A stretch of 32,000 bases of DNA from [Limnothrix rosea] IAM M-220 (GTDB lineage: Bacteria; Cyanobacteriota; Cyanobacteriia; Cyanobacteriales; MRBY01), in the NCBI RefSeq assembly GCF_001904615.1, contig NZ_MRBY01000001.1:101380-133379 (forward strand), written 5' to 3'. The notes beneath the pieces were generated by a model. That model was given only the letters and a program-made list of their open reading frames with translations, did not search any database and was not told the DNA's origin. The position numbers and the translations under genes are program-made. Shown here piece after piece: positions 1-9,926 of the stretch (the first letter of the stretch is position 1; the number at the start of each line of letters is the position of its first letter).

Positions 1-2
1 CG

Positions 3-704
3 CAACGGGGAACGGCAGAGAAATTTTCGCCCTTTGAAAGTGATCCGATTACCGATACGCTCCACGAGCGACGGTTGATTTCGGTGATGGTGGTCGATAT
101 TCGCAATTTCACGGTATTTAGTCGTCGGGTGGATAACCATACTCTGTCTCTCACTGTCGGCACATGGTTTCGTCAGGCGGGAGAGATTATTAAAAATTCT
201 GGCAGTTGGGTCGATAAATATATTGGCGATGCGGTGATGTCTATTTGGTTCCATGGTGAGGAGGCGGTAGATCCTGAACAGTTGATCAATGTGTTTCAGG
301 CGGTGAGTGACCTGAATCAAATGACAACGGATTTGCAGCGTCAGCTTTCTTTGCCCTTTGATTTGAAAATTGGTGCAGGGATTAATACGGGCTATGCCAT
401 GGTGGGGAATACTGGCACGGGCGATCGCCCAGACTATACGGCTATTGGGGATACTGTTAATGCGGCATTTCGCCTAGAGTCTGCGACGAAACAACTGACT
501 GAGGATTTGGCGGTTGGGCGGGAAACCTTTGGTCATCTCTGTAAAGTAGCCAGTATTAAAGACCATTTTGTCGAGCATCAACTTTCTTTGAAAGGCTACG
601 ATCAATTATTTACTGCGTTTTGTGCGAGTTACGAAAATCTTGACTATGTCCTGCTTGACCATTTGGTGAAGGCTTCGCAGCGTAAATATCCCGGCTTGCA
701 CTAA
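3..704 (+). CDS. Class III adenylate/guanylate cyclase, C-terminal catalytic domain (partial, reading frame open from the window edge)
   Basis: Frame is open from base 3. Motifs ISVMVVDIRNFT, VDKYIGDAVMSIW and YTAIGDTVNAAFRLE fit a class III cyclase, including both metal-binding Asp residues. Confidence 0.85.
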   Translation, partial: QRGTAEKFSPFESDPITDTLHERRLISVMVVDIRNFTVFSRRVDNHTLSLTVGTWFRQAGEIIKNSGSWVDKYIGDAVMSIWFHGEEAVDPEQLINVFQAVSDLNQMTTDLQRQLSLPFDLKIGAGINTGYAMVGNTGTGDRPDYTAIGDTVNAAFRLESATKQLTEDLAVGRETFGHLCKVASIKDHFVEHQLSLKGYDQLFTAFCASYENLDYVLLDHLVKASQRKYPGLH

Positions 705-802
705 TTGCTTGGTTGATTTTTCGTGGACTTTTTTGGGATATTGCGGTGACAAATGTTCTTTTTCTGGTCAGGTCTGTCCCTTGTGTGACAGGTTGAGTTT
801 TC

Positions 803-1477
803 CTATAGTTCAATCATTTCTAACTGAAAGACTTCAGCAAAGATATCTGGTAAATCCTGTCGTACTTGGGCGGTTGTAATCTCCGGTAAAAACTGCGCCA
901 AACTGCCGACCGGGCGATCGCCGATACCGCAGGGCACAATCTTGGTAAAACCCGTTAAATCAGGGCAAACATTAAGGGCAAACCCATGCATCGTAATCCA
1001 GCGCTTTACCTTAATGCCAATGGCTGCCACCTTACGACCCTCTACCCAAACCCCTGTTAGCCCTTCAAGGCGATCGCCCCGCAACCCATAAACTGCCAAT
1101 AGCTGGATAATGACCTCCTCTAGCTGGCGTAAATACCAATGCAAATCCCGTTGGTGGCGCTGCAAATTTAAAATAGGGTAACCCACCAATTGATCCGGGC
1201 AATGGTAAGTCACCTCACCACCCCGTTCCGTTCGATACAAGAGATTGGTGTCCTCTGTCGGGTCAAACCTCAAAAAAGCCTCATCGGATCCAGTGCCTAA
1301 AGTGTAGACCGGGGGATGCTCCAACAAAAGCAATCGATCTGGATAGTGGAAGCATTGCAAATGATTATCTACGAGTTCCCGTTGCCACTGCCAAGCCACA
1401 CCATAGGGAACCCGCGACCATTGCTTTACGAGACAAGGATTTAGTAAATGTTGCGTCTTACTACAGAGAATAGTCAA
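803..1477 (-). CDS. lipB: Octanoyltransferase (lipoate biosynthesis)
   Basis: Motifs [63 protein letters not shown] and [14 protein letters not shown] are LipB signatures. Confidence 0.95.
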   Translation of the reverse strand: MTILCSKTQHLLNPCLVKQWSRVPYGVAWQWQRELVDNHLQCFHYPDRLLLLEHPPVYTLGTGSDEAFLRFDPTEDTNLLYRTERGGEVTYHCPDQLVGYPILNLQRHQRDLHWYLRQLEEVIIQLLAVYGLRGDRLEGLTGVWVEGRKVAAIGIKVKRWITMHGFALNVCPDLTGFTKIVPCGIGDRPVGSLAQFLPEITTAQVRQDLPDIFAEVFQLEMIEL

Positions 1478-2018
1478 GAGATACTATCGATAATTACAAA
1501 ACGTCAAAAGAGGCTCCATCTTTCCCCCAGAAATGTTAGCGTTTGGACGGCTAATTCGTAAAGGATTAAGAACTGTAAAAGCAACGATGCTTTCTTAAAG
1601 TTTCAGACTTGATAAATTGACAAGCTTCAATTGTAAAAAATATAATTAGAGCTGTAGAGGTCAAATAAAAACAACATTGATTTATCGACTTACGCCATTA
1701 AATTTGTTGTTTTCAATATCTAGAGAATAAATCAGGTAAAGATAAACTATATTAACACTATGGATAGTGTTTGCCTGAATTGAAAATGACATACTGAGCT
1801 GTATTTTCGTCCCAAGATGTGATTACTGAACTAAAGTTGTTTTTGATTTGGATATAGTATTTTGCCGCCCAATTTAGACTTAGCTATATGCTAAGTAAGA
1901 ACTCTACAAGAGCATTTTGAGTTATGATTAATATAGTTCTAGATCCATGGCAACTTTTCTCTAAGATCTCTCCCGAAATGCACTTATGACAACTATTAGG
2001 ATGGAGTAACCTCATATT

Positions 2019-2600
2019 ATGAAGCTATTGATCCAAGGCAACAACATTACCGTTACAGAATCAATCCATGATTACGTTGAAAGTAAGGTGGAAAAGGCAA
2101 CAAAGCATTTTCAAACCTTTGCAACGAAGGTGGATGTTCATTTATCTGTTGCGAATAATGCCCGTGTAAATTCCAAGCATAAGGCAGAAGTTACAGTCTA
2201 TGCTAATGGCACGGTAATTCGGGCACAGGAAAGTAGCGAAAATCTCTATGCTAGTATCGATTTAGTTTCTGATAAAATTACACGGCAGCTTCGTAAATAT
2301 AAGGAGAAAAAGATCGGTAAAAAGATCCATGCTCAGGAAAAAACTGCTGAGCTTTTACCGACTGATTCGGTGCCACAGGATCTAATTGGCGATCGCGCCC
2401 CAGAGCTGCCTAGCGAAGTGGTACGCATGAAGTATTTTGCAATGCCACCAATGGCTATTGATGAGGCTTTGGAGCAACTGCAACTGGTCGACCATGATTT
2501 TTATATGTTTCTGAATAAAGAAACTGAAGAAATCAATGTGATCTATGCACGCAACCATGGTGGATATGGTGTTATTCAACCTCGTGAAGCGAAGGAATAG
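2019..2600 (+). CDS. hpf: Long-form ribosome hibernation promoting factor / light-repressed protein LrtA
   Basis: [27 protein letters not shown]... N-terminal HPF domain, plus C-terminal [55 protein letters not shown] dimerisation domain. Confidence 0.95.
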   Translation: MKLLIQGNNITVTESIHDYVESKVEKATKHFQTFATKVDVHLSVANNARVNSKHKAEVTVYANGTVIRAQESSENLYASIDLVSDKITRQLRKYKEKKIGKKIHAQEKTAELLPTDSVPQDLIGDRAPELPSEVVRMKYFAMPPMAIDEALEQLQLVDHDFYMFLNKETEEINVIYARNHGGYGVIQPREAKE

Positions 2601-2661
2601 TTTTGCTGAATTTTGCTGAATTATTGATTCGGTGATGACATGTTTGGTAAGTAAAGTGGGA

Positions 2662-2695
2662 GGAACGACCGAGTTTAGGGTTGTTCCTTTTTTTT
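2662..2695 (+). terminator. Intrinsic terminator downstream of hpf
   Basis: GGAACGAC...GGTTGTTCC hairpin followed by TTTTTTTT. Confidence 0.75.
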
Positions 2696-3505
2696 GTGCC
2701 GATTGAGGGTAATGGATTCTCCCCTAGTGATGTTGAGTTTTTGTTGGGCGCTATTTTGGTTGGCGCTAATTTCTAGCCAGCCGTGGCTTCCTTCTAGGAT
2801 GCAAAGGTGATTGATCTGAACATCGCTGTAGGTCGTGACGTGGGCAATGGGGCGATCGCCGTAAAATACCTTTGCCCCAAGGTGAGACGCAGCGTGATTT
2901 GGGATATTCGTAATTAAATTACCGAAGTGGTCGATATGTTGGATGACACCCCTTAACTGGTCTTGGGTAAGGGTATGGGGTGGTAATTTTAGCTGGACAA
3001 GGTCGGCGATCGCCACTGATGACCCCAATGCACAGATCGGTACACCTTGGGCGAGGTGGGCTGCCACAGGGGCAAAAATATCTCTACCGTGGAATGTCTG
3101 ACTTGGTTTGCGGTTTTGATCACGCCAATATTTCGTGTTCTCTAATGTGACGGCGGCGATCGCCTCAAAAATATCCCATAGACCACTGGCCAAGCCATTG
3201 TCCGGGCCAACAAAAAAACCCTCTTTAAACTGAATTGCCACACCGCGACGCTGACTGCCTACCCCCGGATCGACAACACCTAAAAAAATAGTACCAACCG
3301 GAAAGTAGGGAGCGCCATTCAGTAGGCAAAAGCGTCCAGCCCAAAGATCCTGGGGCGGAATATCGTGGGTGAGGTCAATGCAATGGGCTGCTGGGGCAAT
3401 GGTGGCGATCGCCGCCTTCATCATTCCGACATAGCCGTCCCTTAACCCAAAGTCAGTGAGTAAAGCAATGAATCTCATCTTGTGTTTTTGTAACATTAGA
3501 TACAA
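2675..3505 (-). CDS. SAM hydroxide adenosyltransferase / DUF62 (chlorinase-fluorinase fold) family; likely start is the internal Met at 3478 (MRFIALLTDFG)
   Basis: ALLTDFGLRDGYVGMMKAAIATIAP, IDLTHDIPPQD, VVDPGVGSQRRGVA and VGPDNG are family signatures. Confidence 0.9.
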   Translation of the reverse strand: MYLMLQKHKMRFIALLTDFGLRDGYVGMMKAAIATIAPAAHCIDLTHDIPPQDLWAGRFCLLNGAPYFPVGTIFLGVVDPGVGSQRRGVAIQFKEGFFVGPDNGLASGLWDIFEAIAAVTLENTKYWRDQNRKPSQTFHGRDIFAPVAAHLAQGVPICALGSSVAIADLVQLKLPPHTLTQDQLRGVIQHIDHFGNLITNIPNHAASHLGAKVFYGDRPIAHVTTYSDVQINHLCILEGSHGWLEISANQNSAQQKLNITRGESITLNRHKKKEQP

Positions 3506-3566
3506 GTTGCCCTCTACTTTGTTATTTTAAAAGAAGTCCGACTCCACAAGAAAAAGGCGAAAAAGA

Positions 3567-3731
3567 ATGCTAAATATCAAACAAAATCGTAATAAGCAGG
3601 TTAAGGAAGCTCACCGTAACTATCTGCAACGTCATCTAAAACACCGCCTTGAAGCCGCCCGTAACCAAGGCAATGAATCCCTAATTCTCCAACTCCAAGA
3701 CGAAGCACGTTATTTACATATCAATATTTAA
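3567..3731 (+). CDS. Small basic hypothetical protein, 54 aa (MLNIKQNRNKQVKEAHRNYLQRHLKHRLEAARNQGNESLILQLQDEARYLHINI)
   Basis: Complete ATG-to-TAA frame, not in the supplied track (below its length cutoff). Charged, helical-looking sequence followed by a strong terminator hairpin. Confidence 0.55.
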   Translation: MLNIKQNRNKQVKEAHRNYLQRHLKHRLEAARNQGNESLILQLQDEARYLHINI

Positions 3732-3814
3732 CGCTTTCTCTAGTCTGTCAGCGACTGAGGCGATCGCCCAACAGCAAATAACTTCTACCCATGCTGAAAT
3801 TTAAAATTAACACG

Positions 3815-3846
3815 AAAAAAGGAGCACCCAAAGGAGGCTCCTTTTC
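3815..3846 (+). terminator. Hairpin terminator (9-bp perfect stem)
   Basis: AAAAGGAGC (3817-3825) pairs with GCTCCTTTT (3837-3845). A-run on one side and T-run on the other, so it may be bidirectional. Confidence 0.7.
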
Positions 3847-4189
3847 ATTTGCCAGAACCTAGCACATTGCGATAGTCATCGTTGGCAAGATTAGTAAACG
3901 CTTGACAAGTTAAACCCTGACAAAATAAGGCTTTAAGACCTGCTAGATGTCTTAACTTCGATGGCCTTCGCTATAAAGTAGACTCATTCCGAATAAATCC
4001 TCAAAAGTCTCCCACACCCTTCCTTGGAGAAGCATTTCGTATAAAGAAGGGGTTTCAGAAAGCTACCCCACTCACACTAATTTCCCCTTAGACCCTAGCG
4101 AAAAAAAGAATTCTATTTCTTATTCGAAACTACCGAATATTACGCCAACGAAAATATTGCGCCAACGAGAAGTCGGTGATGACTTTTGA

Positions 4190-5353
4190 CTATTTACCCA
4201 TGCCCAACTTTTGGGCCTTTTGGTAAACCTTCCCTTCCGTCAAAAGAGAGGGCGCAACAACAACTTCAACCCCTTGCATCTCCTTAATATTTTTTGCACC
4301 GAGAGTACCCATACTAGTTTTGAGAGCACCCAAAAGATTATGCGTGCCATCATCCAAAGTTGCCGGACCCGTCAAAATTTGCTTAATGCTGCCAGTCGTT
4401 CCGACATTAATTCTGGTACCACGGGGTAAAACTGGGCTAGGTGTCGCCATTCCCCAATGGAAACCACGACCCGGAGCCTCAGCAGAACGGGCAATGGGAG
4501 AACCAATCATGACACCATCAGCACCAGAAGCAATACATTTACAAATATCCCCCCCAGTCACGATGCCACCATCCGCAATAATTGGAACATATTTGCCAGA
4601 TTCTTTTTGATAATCATCCCGTGCACCTGCACAATCCGCCACCGCTGTTGCCTGAGGAACACCCACACCCAGAACACCACGAGAAGTACAAGCCGCACCA
4701 GGACCAATGCCAACGAGAACCGCCGCTGCACCAGCACGCATTAATTCGAGGGCAACATCATAGGTGACACAATTACCGAGAACCACAGGCATCGGCATAT
4801 CGTCACAGAGTTGCTTGAGATTAAGGGGCGTAATGCCTTCCGGGGAGAGGTGAGATGTCGAAACCACCGTCGCCTGAATAAATAAAATATCTGCGCCAGC
4901 TTCTGCGACCACTTTGCCATATTTGGTGGCACCGACAGGGGTAAGGCTAACGGCAGCTAAGCCCTTTTGAGATTTGATTTCTTGAATGCGCTCAGTAATT
5001 AATTCTGGCTTAACGGGTTCAGAATATAGTTCCTGCATCAGCTCGACAAACCCTGATTTGTCCACTGCTGCGATGCGATCAAGAATTGGGTTGGGGTCGC
5101 TGTAGCGAGTCTGAATACCCTCTAGATTCACGACACCTAATGCACCAAGCTCAGAAAGGAGCACGGCCATTTTGACATCTACGACACCATCCATTGCACT
5201 GGCCAGAATCGGGATGCTCAGCTCGATATCGCCGATTTTAATACTGGTATCAGCTAACTCTGGATCTAAGGTTCGACCACCCGGTACGAGGGCAATCTCA
5301 TCAAATCCGTAAGCACGACGAGCTGTTTTGCCACGACCAATCTGAATATCCAC
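4190..5353 (-). CDS. guaB3: GuaB3-type IMP dehydrogenase/GMP reductase family protein
   Basis: 387 aa with IADGGIVTGGDICKCIASGADGVMIGSP, VGIGPGAACTSRGVLGVGVPQATA and FDEIALVPGGRTLDP. No CBS insert, typical of the GuaB3 subgroup of actinobacteria and cyanobacteria. Confidence 0.85.
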   Translation of the reverse strand: MDIQIGRGKTARRAYGFDEIALVPGGRTLDPELADTSIKIGDIELSIPILASAMDGVVDVKMAVLLSELGALGVVNLEGIQTRYSDPNPILDRIAAVDKSGFVELMQELYSEPVKPELITERIQEIKSQKGLAAVSLTPVGATKYGKVVAEAGADILFIQATVVSTSHLSPEGITPLNLKQLCDDMPMPVVLGNCVTYDVALELMRAGAAAVLVGIGPGAACTSRGVLGVGVPQATAVADCAGARDDYQKESGKYVPIIADGGIVTGGDICKCIASGADGVMIGSPIARSAEAPGRGFHWGMATPSPVLPRGTRINVGTTGSIKQILTGPATLDDGTHNLLGALKTSMGTLGAKNIKEMQGVEVVVAPSLLTEGKVYQKAQKLGMGK

Positions 5354-5750
5354 TCTGACTCCTTAAATGATTGCCAAAACTAAAATGTGTCAATCTAGGA
5401 TAACTGATTGTTTGCATTTTCCCGCAAAAAAACTTCTCAGATTAGTTGATCTCTCTGAGGATGAAATTTTTAAGGCGATCGCCATGGAATTAAACGATTT
5501 GAAACCTCTACAATCTTCGTGAACTACACCGCAGTGGATGTTGTAATAATCGTAAATAGATGAAAAAAATCGTTGAGATAGACTTTTCTTTTATTGAGAA
5601 GATGCAAAAAAATACGAAATGACCTACCCCTCAAAATAACATCGAGACCCATAAACTAATATTAACTGTCTCTTGCATTAAAAAAGATGACAATTTCTGT
5701 AAAAAAAGGGAAAAACGTTTATACAAGCCCAAGGCCTTGGGCTTAATATT

Positions 5751-5990
5751 TTAAGTCAAGTAAATTCCCGGTGCGTAGGCCTCAATAACATTACCTGTTT
5801 CTTTGCAACTAACAAGAAAATAGTCACAAGTCTGACAAGCTGTTTCCACTAGTCCAGACTGTAAAACATGTTTGCGTGTCGCACTGGAACCACAGTTTGG
5901 GCAAAGAATGTTGAGGCAGTTGCCGATATCCGTAGCCTTGATTTCATTTACAGCGGATTGTTGCTTTTGCTTTTTACGGATAGTTTTCAT
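5751..5990 (-). CDS. Small zinc-ribbon protein, 79 aa
   Basis: CPNCGSSATRKH...ETACQTCDYF: two CxxC pairs spaced as in a zinc ribbon. Basic N-terminus. Confidence 0.65.
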   Translation of the reverse strand: MKTIRKKQKQQSAVNEIKATDIGNCLNILCPNCGSSATRKHVLQSGLVETACQTCDYFLVSCKETGNVIEAYAPGIYLT

Positions 5991-6270
5991 AAACAGTTAT
6001 TGATATACAAAATATTGATCCCTCTTATATATTGCTGCATTATTTATGCTTTTATCACCGGACTTAAGGTAGATTTAACCTTCCCGATCGGTAGATTTTT
6101 TTCTTTCTTCCTCACAAAAAGTAATTTTGTCGCTTGATATTCTTCTCCCTTTTAGAATTAATTAATCGGTGAGTCATCATTATTTTCTTAATTTGTTTGT
6201 GGTGAATGGACGGAAGCGGATGGGATAAGATGACGGGCGATAAATATTTAACGAAAACTTAATTTTTTTT

Positions 6271-7107
6271 ATGGGTAATTTCATTTGGAAAGTCGCGAAG
6301 AGTTATGAGGACATTTTCTACCACAAGGCTGCTGGCATTGCGAAGATCACGATTAACCGTCCCCATAAGCGGAATGCCTTTCGTCCACAAACGGTGTTTG
6401 AAATGTATGAGGCTTTTTGTGATGCGAGGGAAGATCAAAGCATTGGTGTGATTTTATTGACTGGTGCTGGTCCCCATACGGATGGCAAGTATGCTTTTTG
6501 TGCGGGGGGGGATCAGTCAGTGCGCGGCGAGGGAGGCTACGTTGATACTGACGGTGTACCGAGGCTGAATGTTCTGGATTTACAGAAACTTATTCGCTCA
6601 ATGCCAAAGGTTGTGATTGCATTGGTGGCTGGTTATGCGGTGGGTGGTGGCCATGTGTTGCATATGTTGTGCGACCTAACGATCGCCGCCGATAATGCAA
6701 TTTTTGGTCAGACGGGCCCCAAAGTGGGCAGTTTTGATGGTGGGTTTGGTGCGAGCTATATGGCAAGGATTGTGGGTCAAAAAAAGGCACGGGAAATTTG
6801 GTTCCTCTGCCGTCAGTATGATGCGCAGCAGGCGTTAGAGATGGGTCTGGTCAATACGGTTGTGCCTGTAGAGCAGCTTGAGCAGGAGGGGATTCAGTGG
6901 GCGCAGGAAGTCCTTACTAAAAGCCCCATTGCTATCCGTTGTCTCAAGGCTGCCCTCAATGCTGATTGTGATGGTCAGGCTGGTCTACAAGAGCTGGCGG
7001 GGAATGCGACGATGCTTTATTACATGACGGAAGAGGGTCGCGAAGGAAAACAGGCTTTTCTGGAGAAGCGATCGCCTGATTTCCAGCAATACCCTTGGCT
7101 ACCGTAG
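6271..7107 (+). CDS. menB: 1,4-dihydroxy-2-naphthoyl-CoA synthase
   Basis: Crotonase fold with MenB-specific [33 protein letters not shown] and [23 protein letters not shown]-like segments; C-terminus FQQYPWLP. Confidence 0.95.
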   Translation: MGNFIWKVAKSYEDIFYHKAAGIAKITINRPHKRNAFRPQTVFEMYEAFCDAREDQSIGVILLTGAGPHTDGKYAFCAGGDQSVRGEGGYVDTDGVPRLNVLDLQKLIRSMPKVVIALVAGYAVGGGHVLHMLCDLTIAADNAIFGQTGPKVGSFDGGFGASYMARIVGQKKAREIWFLCRQYDAQQALEMGLVNTVVPVEQLEQEGIQWAQEVLTKSPIAIRCLKAALNADCDGQAGLQELAGNATMLYYMTEEGREGKQAFLEKRSPDFQQYPWLP

Positions 7108-7319
7108 GAGCCCATGAAATGTGATCTCCAAGCCAAAGGAAATGCAGCGGCGATCGCCCCTACCGTAAAGAATCGTTACCTATAAACGATGCCAATTTGG
7201 TAAAGTAGGTTCTGATATAAAACTGGATAGCTTGTCCTTATTAGATCCCAGACTTTTTAAAACACCAGTGGACCGGACAAGAGGTCCCGCCCTGAGATTG
7301 ACAAAAAACGAGGTTAGTC

Positions 7320-8159
7320 ATGAAGTTACGTTCGTTATTAGCAGCCTTTTTGGCTCTATGTATCGGCGTTCTGACGGCAGCATGTAGCGAAACTCCTGAC
7401 GCTGCGTCCGTAGACGTCCAAAAATTAACATATGACCAAATTTTGAACACAGGTTTAGCCAATTCCTGCCCCCAAATTGCTGAGTTTACCCGTGGTTCTA
7501 TTCCCATTGAACCGGGGCAAACAATCGAATTTTCTGACCTCTGTTTAGAGCCTCAGACTTATTTCGTTAAGGAAGAGCCGCTCAATAAGCGTCGTGATGC
7601 AGAATTTGTCGAAGGCAAAATGCTGACTCGTTACACGTCTTCCCTTGAGCAAATGACTGGTGAAATTCTTGTCGACGAAGATGGCATTATGACATTCAAG
7701 GAATTGGATGGCATCGACTTCCAGCCAGTGACGGTGCAGCTGCCCGGTGGTAAGCAAGTGCCTTTCCTCTTTACCATTAAGAACCTAGTGGCGAAGACCC
7801 TCACGCCTTCTGATTCCATCAATACTTCCACTGATTTTGTGGGAGAGTTTAGAGTGCCTCCTTATCGTGGAGCCGTTTTTCTTGATCCCAAGGCTCGTGG
7901 TGCTGCTAGTGGCTATGACAATGCTGTTGCTCTCCCTGCCCAGGCAGATGTTGATGATTTAACTCGTGCCAATATTAAGCAGTACGATACTCGTACTGGA
8001 GAAATTTCTCTACAAATTGCCAAGATTGATGAGAAAACGGGTGAAATTGCTGGCACTTTTGAAAGTGAGCAAACTTCATCGACTGATATGGGGGCCGAGG
8101 ATCCTGAGGAAGTTCGTATTCGTGGTATTTTCTATGCCCGTCTCCAACCGGCTGCTTAG
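7320..8159 (+). CDS. psbO: Photosystem II manganese-stabilising protein PsbO
   Basis: LTYDQILNTGLANSCPQI, YFVKEEPLNKR, DGIDFQPVTVQLPGGKQVPFLFT, SINTSTDFVGEFRVPPYRGAVFLDPKARG and VRGIFYARL. Confidence 0.97.
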   Translation: MKLRSLLAAFLALCIGVLTAACSETPDAASVDVQKLTYDQILNTGLANSCPQIAEFTRGSIPIEPGQTIEFSDLCLEPQTYFVKEEPLNKRRDAEFVEGKMLTRYTSSLEQMTGEILVDEDGIMTFKELDGIDFQPVTVQLPGGKQVPFLFTIKNLVAKTLTPSDSINTSTDFVGEFRVPPYRGAVFLDPKARGAASGYDNAVALPAQADVDDLTRANIKQYDTRTGEISLQIAKIDEKTGEIAGTFESEQTSSTDMGAEDPEEVRIRGIFYARLQPAA

Positions 8160-8197
8160 TGCATAGGTGATTTTTTTAGACAATTTAGTTTAATCGA

Positions 8198-8221
8198 GGG
8201 GCGATCGCCCCTTTTTTTTTT
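8198..8221 (+). terminator. psbO intrinsic terminator centred on a HIP1 octamer
   Basis: GGGGCGATCGCCCC perfect 14-nt palindrome immediately followed by a T-run of about 10. Confidence 0.8.
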
Positions 8222-8363
8222 GCTAATTTGCAGGAAATTCTCAGGGAGGCTCCATGATTTTTGTACGGCTGCTCGCTAGGATAGACGAAGAAAGAGATAT
8301 ATAAATAAAGGGATTGCAGTACTACCATTCGCCACTCCACGATATCTGGGCTCAGCAATTGCC

Positions 8364-9842
8364 ATGGGATCAAGACGACATTTTTTTGTGCAATTAGTGA
8401 GTCGACGTATTTCGCGACGGGTGGCATTTTGGATTTTTGTGAGCATTGTTGTGATCGAAGCCATTATTCTCGTGCCATCAGCGCAACGTCGGGAGCGGGA
8501 ATTATTACGGGAATTAGAAGATCGCACATCGATTAAAGTGACATGGCTAGTGGCCAACTCCCGAAAGTCCCAAGCAAGATCAACACCCCCAACGCCACAG
8601 CAAGCAGAATTATTACTAGAACAGCTAAGGGAAGCGAATCATGACAATTTGATGTTGTCTTTACGGGGGGCTGTAATTTACGACGAACAGGGTCAAGTTC
8701 TCGCTAGTTTTGGCGATCGCCCAGCCTTGACTTGGCAGGCATTGCAAACCGGAAAAACAAACTATAAAAACTGGTCCGAAAGTCTCTACGACAGTAGTTG
8801 GTCAGAATTTGAGCAAGTTAACTATATGTTTGTTCTGCGCCACGACATTAGCGGCATCCAAACCGAGTTAGTTCAGTACAAACTGCGCATTGGAATCCTT
8901 GTGATCATTATTTCCGTTTTTGTCACGGCTTCAACATTGATTGTGATGCAAATTTTAGTCATTGCACCGATTCTGAAATTGCGTGAAGACCTGAGGGCTG
9001 CTGGAGAACTCGTGATCTCAAATCCAGAAAAAATTCATACTGCTGAGCTTCATTCTCTACATCACAACCGTAATGATGAACTGGGCGATGTCATGGATGA
9101 ATTTCGATCCATGTTGACCCGTATCACCACCGAAATTCAGCAGCGTATCATCGCAGAGCAAAATGTCCGCCGCGAACAAGAAAAATCCGAAGAACTATTA
9201 CTCAATATTCTGCCAGCCTCCGTTGCTCGTGAGCTAAAAGAAAACCGTCGCTATATTGCCGAGGGCTTTCCCCATGTCTCGGTTTTATTCGCAGATATTG
9301 TGGGGTTTACAACACTTTCAGCTAATAAAAAACCTGCCGAAATTGTGACGCTCTTAAATGATATTTTTTCCTCGTTTGATCGTCTGTCAGAAATTTATAG
9401 TTTGGAAAAAATTAAAACAATTGGGGATGCTTACATGGTGGCTGGTGGTTTACCAATGCCGCAACCCCATCATCCGGAATGTATGGCTGATATGGCGCTG
9501 GAAATGCTCAGTGAAATTGAGCGTTTAAATCAAATAAATGGCTATGCTTTACAGCTACGGATTGGGATCCACTGTGGTTCGGTGGTGGCGGGGGTGATTG
9601 GCACTCGTAAATTTATTTATGATCTGTGGGGTGATTCGGTAAATGTGGCTAGCCGCATGGAATCTCAAGGGTTGCCCAATAGTATTCAAGTGACTGAAAC
9701 TTTTCGTGAAAAATTAGGCGATCGCTACTTTTTTCAGCAACGTGAGGCCATACATGTGAAAGGAAAAGGGTTAATGCAAACCTATTTCTTGCTGGGTAAA
9801 AAAGACCCATTATCTCGGCTATGTCAACAAGCGCATTCATGA
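8364..9842 (+). CDS. Membrane-anchored adenylate cyclase (two TM segments, HAMP-like linker, class III catalytic domain)
   Basis: TM near the N-terminus (VAFWIFVSIVVIEAIILVPS) and a second TM (IGILVIIISVFVTASTLIVMQILV). Catalytic HVSVLFADIVGFTTLS, EKIKTIGDAYMVAGG and YDLWGDSVNVASRMES; K and D specificity positions fit an adenylyl cyclase. Confidence 0.9.
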   Translation: MGSRRHFFVQLVSRRISRRVAFWIFVSIVVIEAIILVPSAQRRERELLRELEDRTSIKVTWLVANSRKSQARSTPPTPQQAELLLEQLREANHDNLMLSLRGAVIYDEQGQVLASFGDRPALTWQALQTGKTNYKNWSESLYDSSWSEFEQVNYMFVLRHDISGIQTELVQYKLRIGILVIIISVFVTASTLIVMQILVIAPILKLREDLRAAGELVISNPEKIHTAELHSLHHNRNDELGDVMDEFRSMLTRITTEIQQRIIAEQNVRREQEKSEELLLNILPASVARELKENRRYIAEGFPHVSVLFADIVGFTTLSANKKPAEIVTLLNDIFSSFDRLSEIYSLEKIKTIGDAYMVAGGLPMPQPHHPECMADMALEMLSEIERLNQINGYALQLRIGIHCGSVVAGVIGTRKFIYDLWGDSVNVASRMESQGLPNSIQVTETFREKLGDRYFFQQREAIHVKGKGLMQTYFLLGKKDPLSRLCQQAHS

Positions 9843-9875
9843 CTAATGTTGATATTGTAATTGCCCTTTTTCCAT

Positions 9876-9907
9876 AAAAAAAGACATCCGAAAGAATGTC
9901 CAAAAAA
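9876..9907 (-). terminator. Hairpin terminator for the sigma factor gene
   Basis: On the minus strand GACATTCTTTCGGATGTC followed by TTTTTTT; A/T-rich on both sides, so it may also serve the convergent cyclase gene. Confidence 0.65.
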
Positions 9908-9926
9908 GTATTTTATTCCCTGAGAT

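Noticed and set aside
4211-4932. Overlapping ORFs on both strands inside guaB3 (72, 96, 95, 61 and 63 aa)
   Set aside because: They are shadow frames of a well-supported coding region and show no recognisable protein features.
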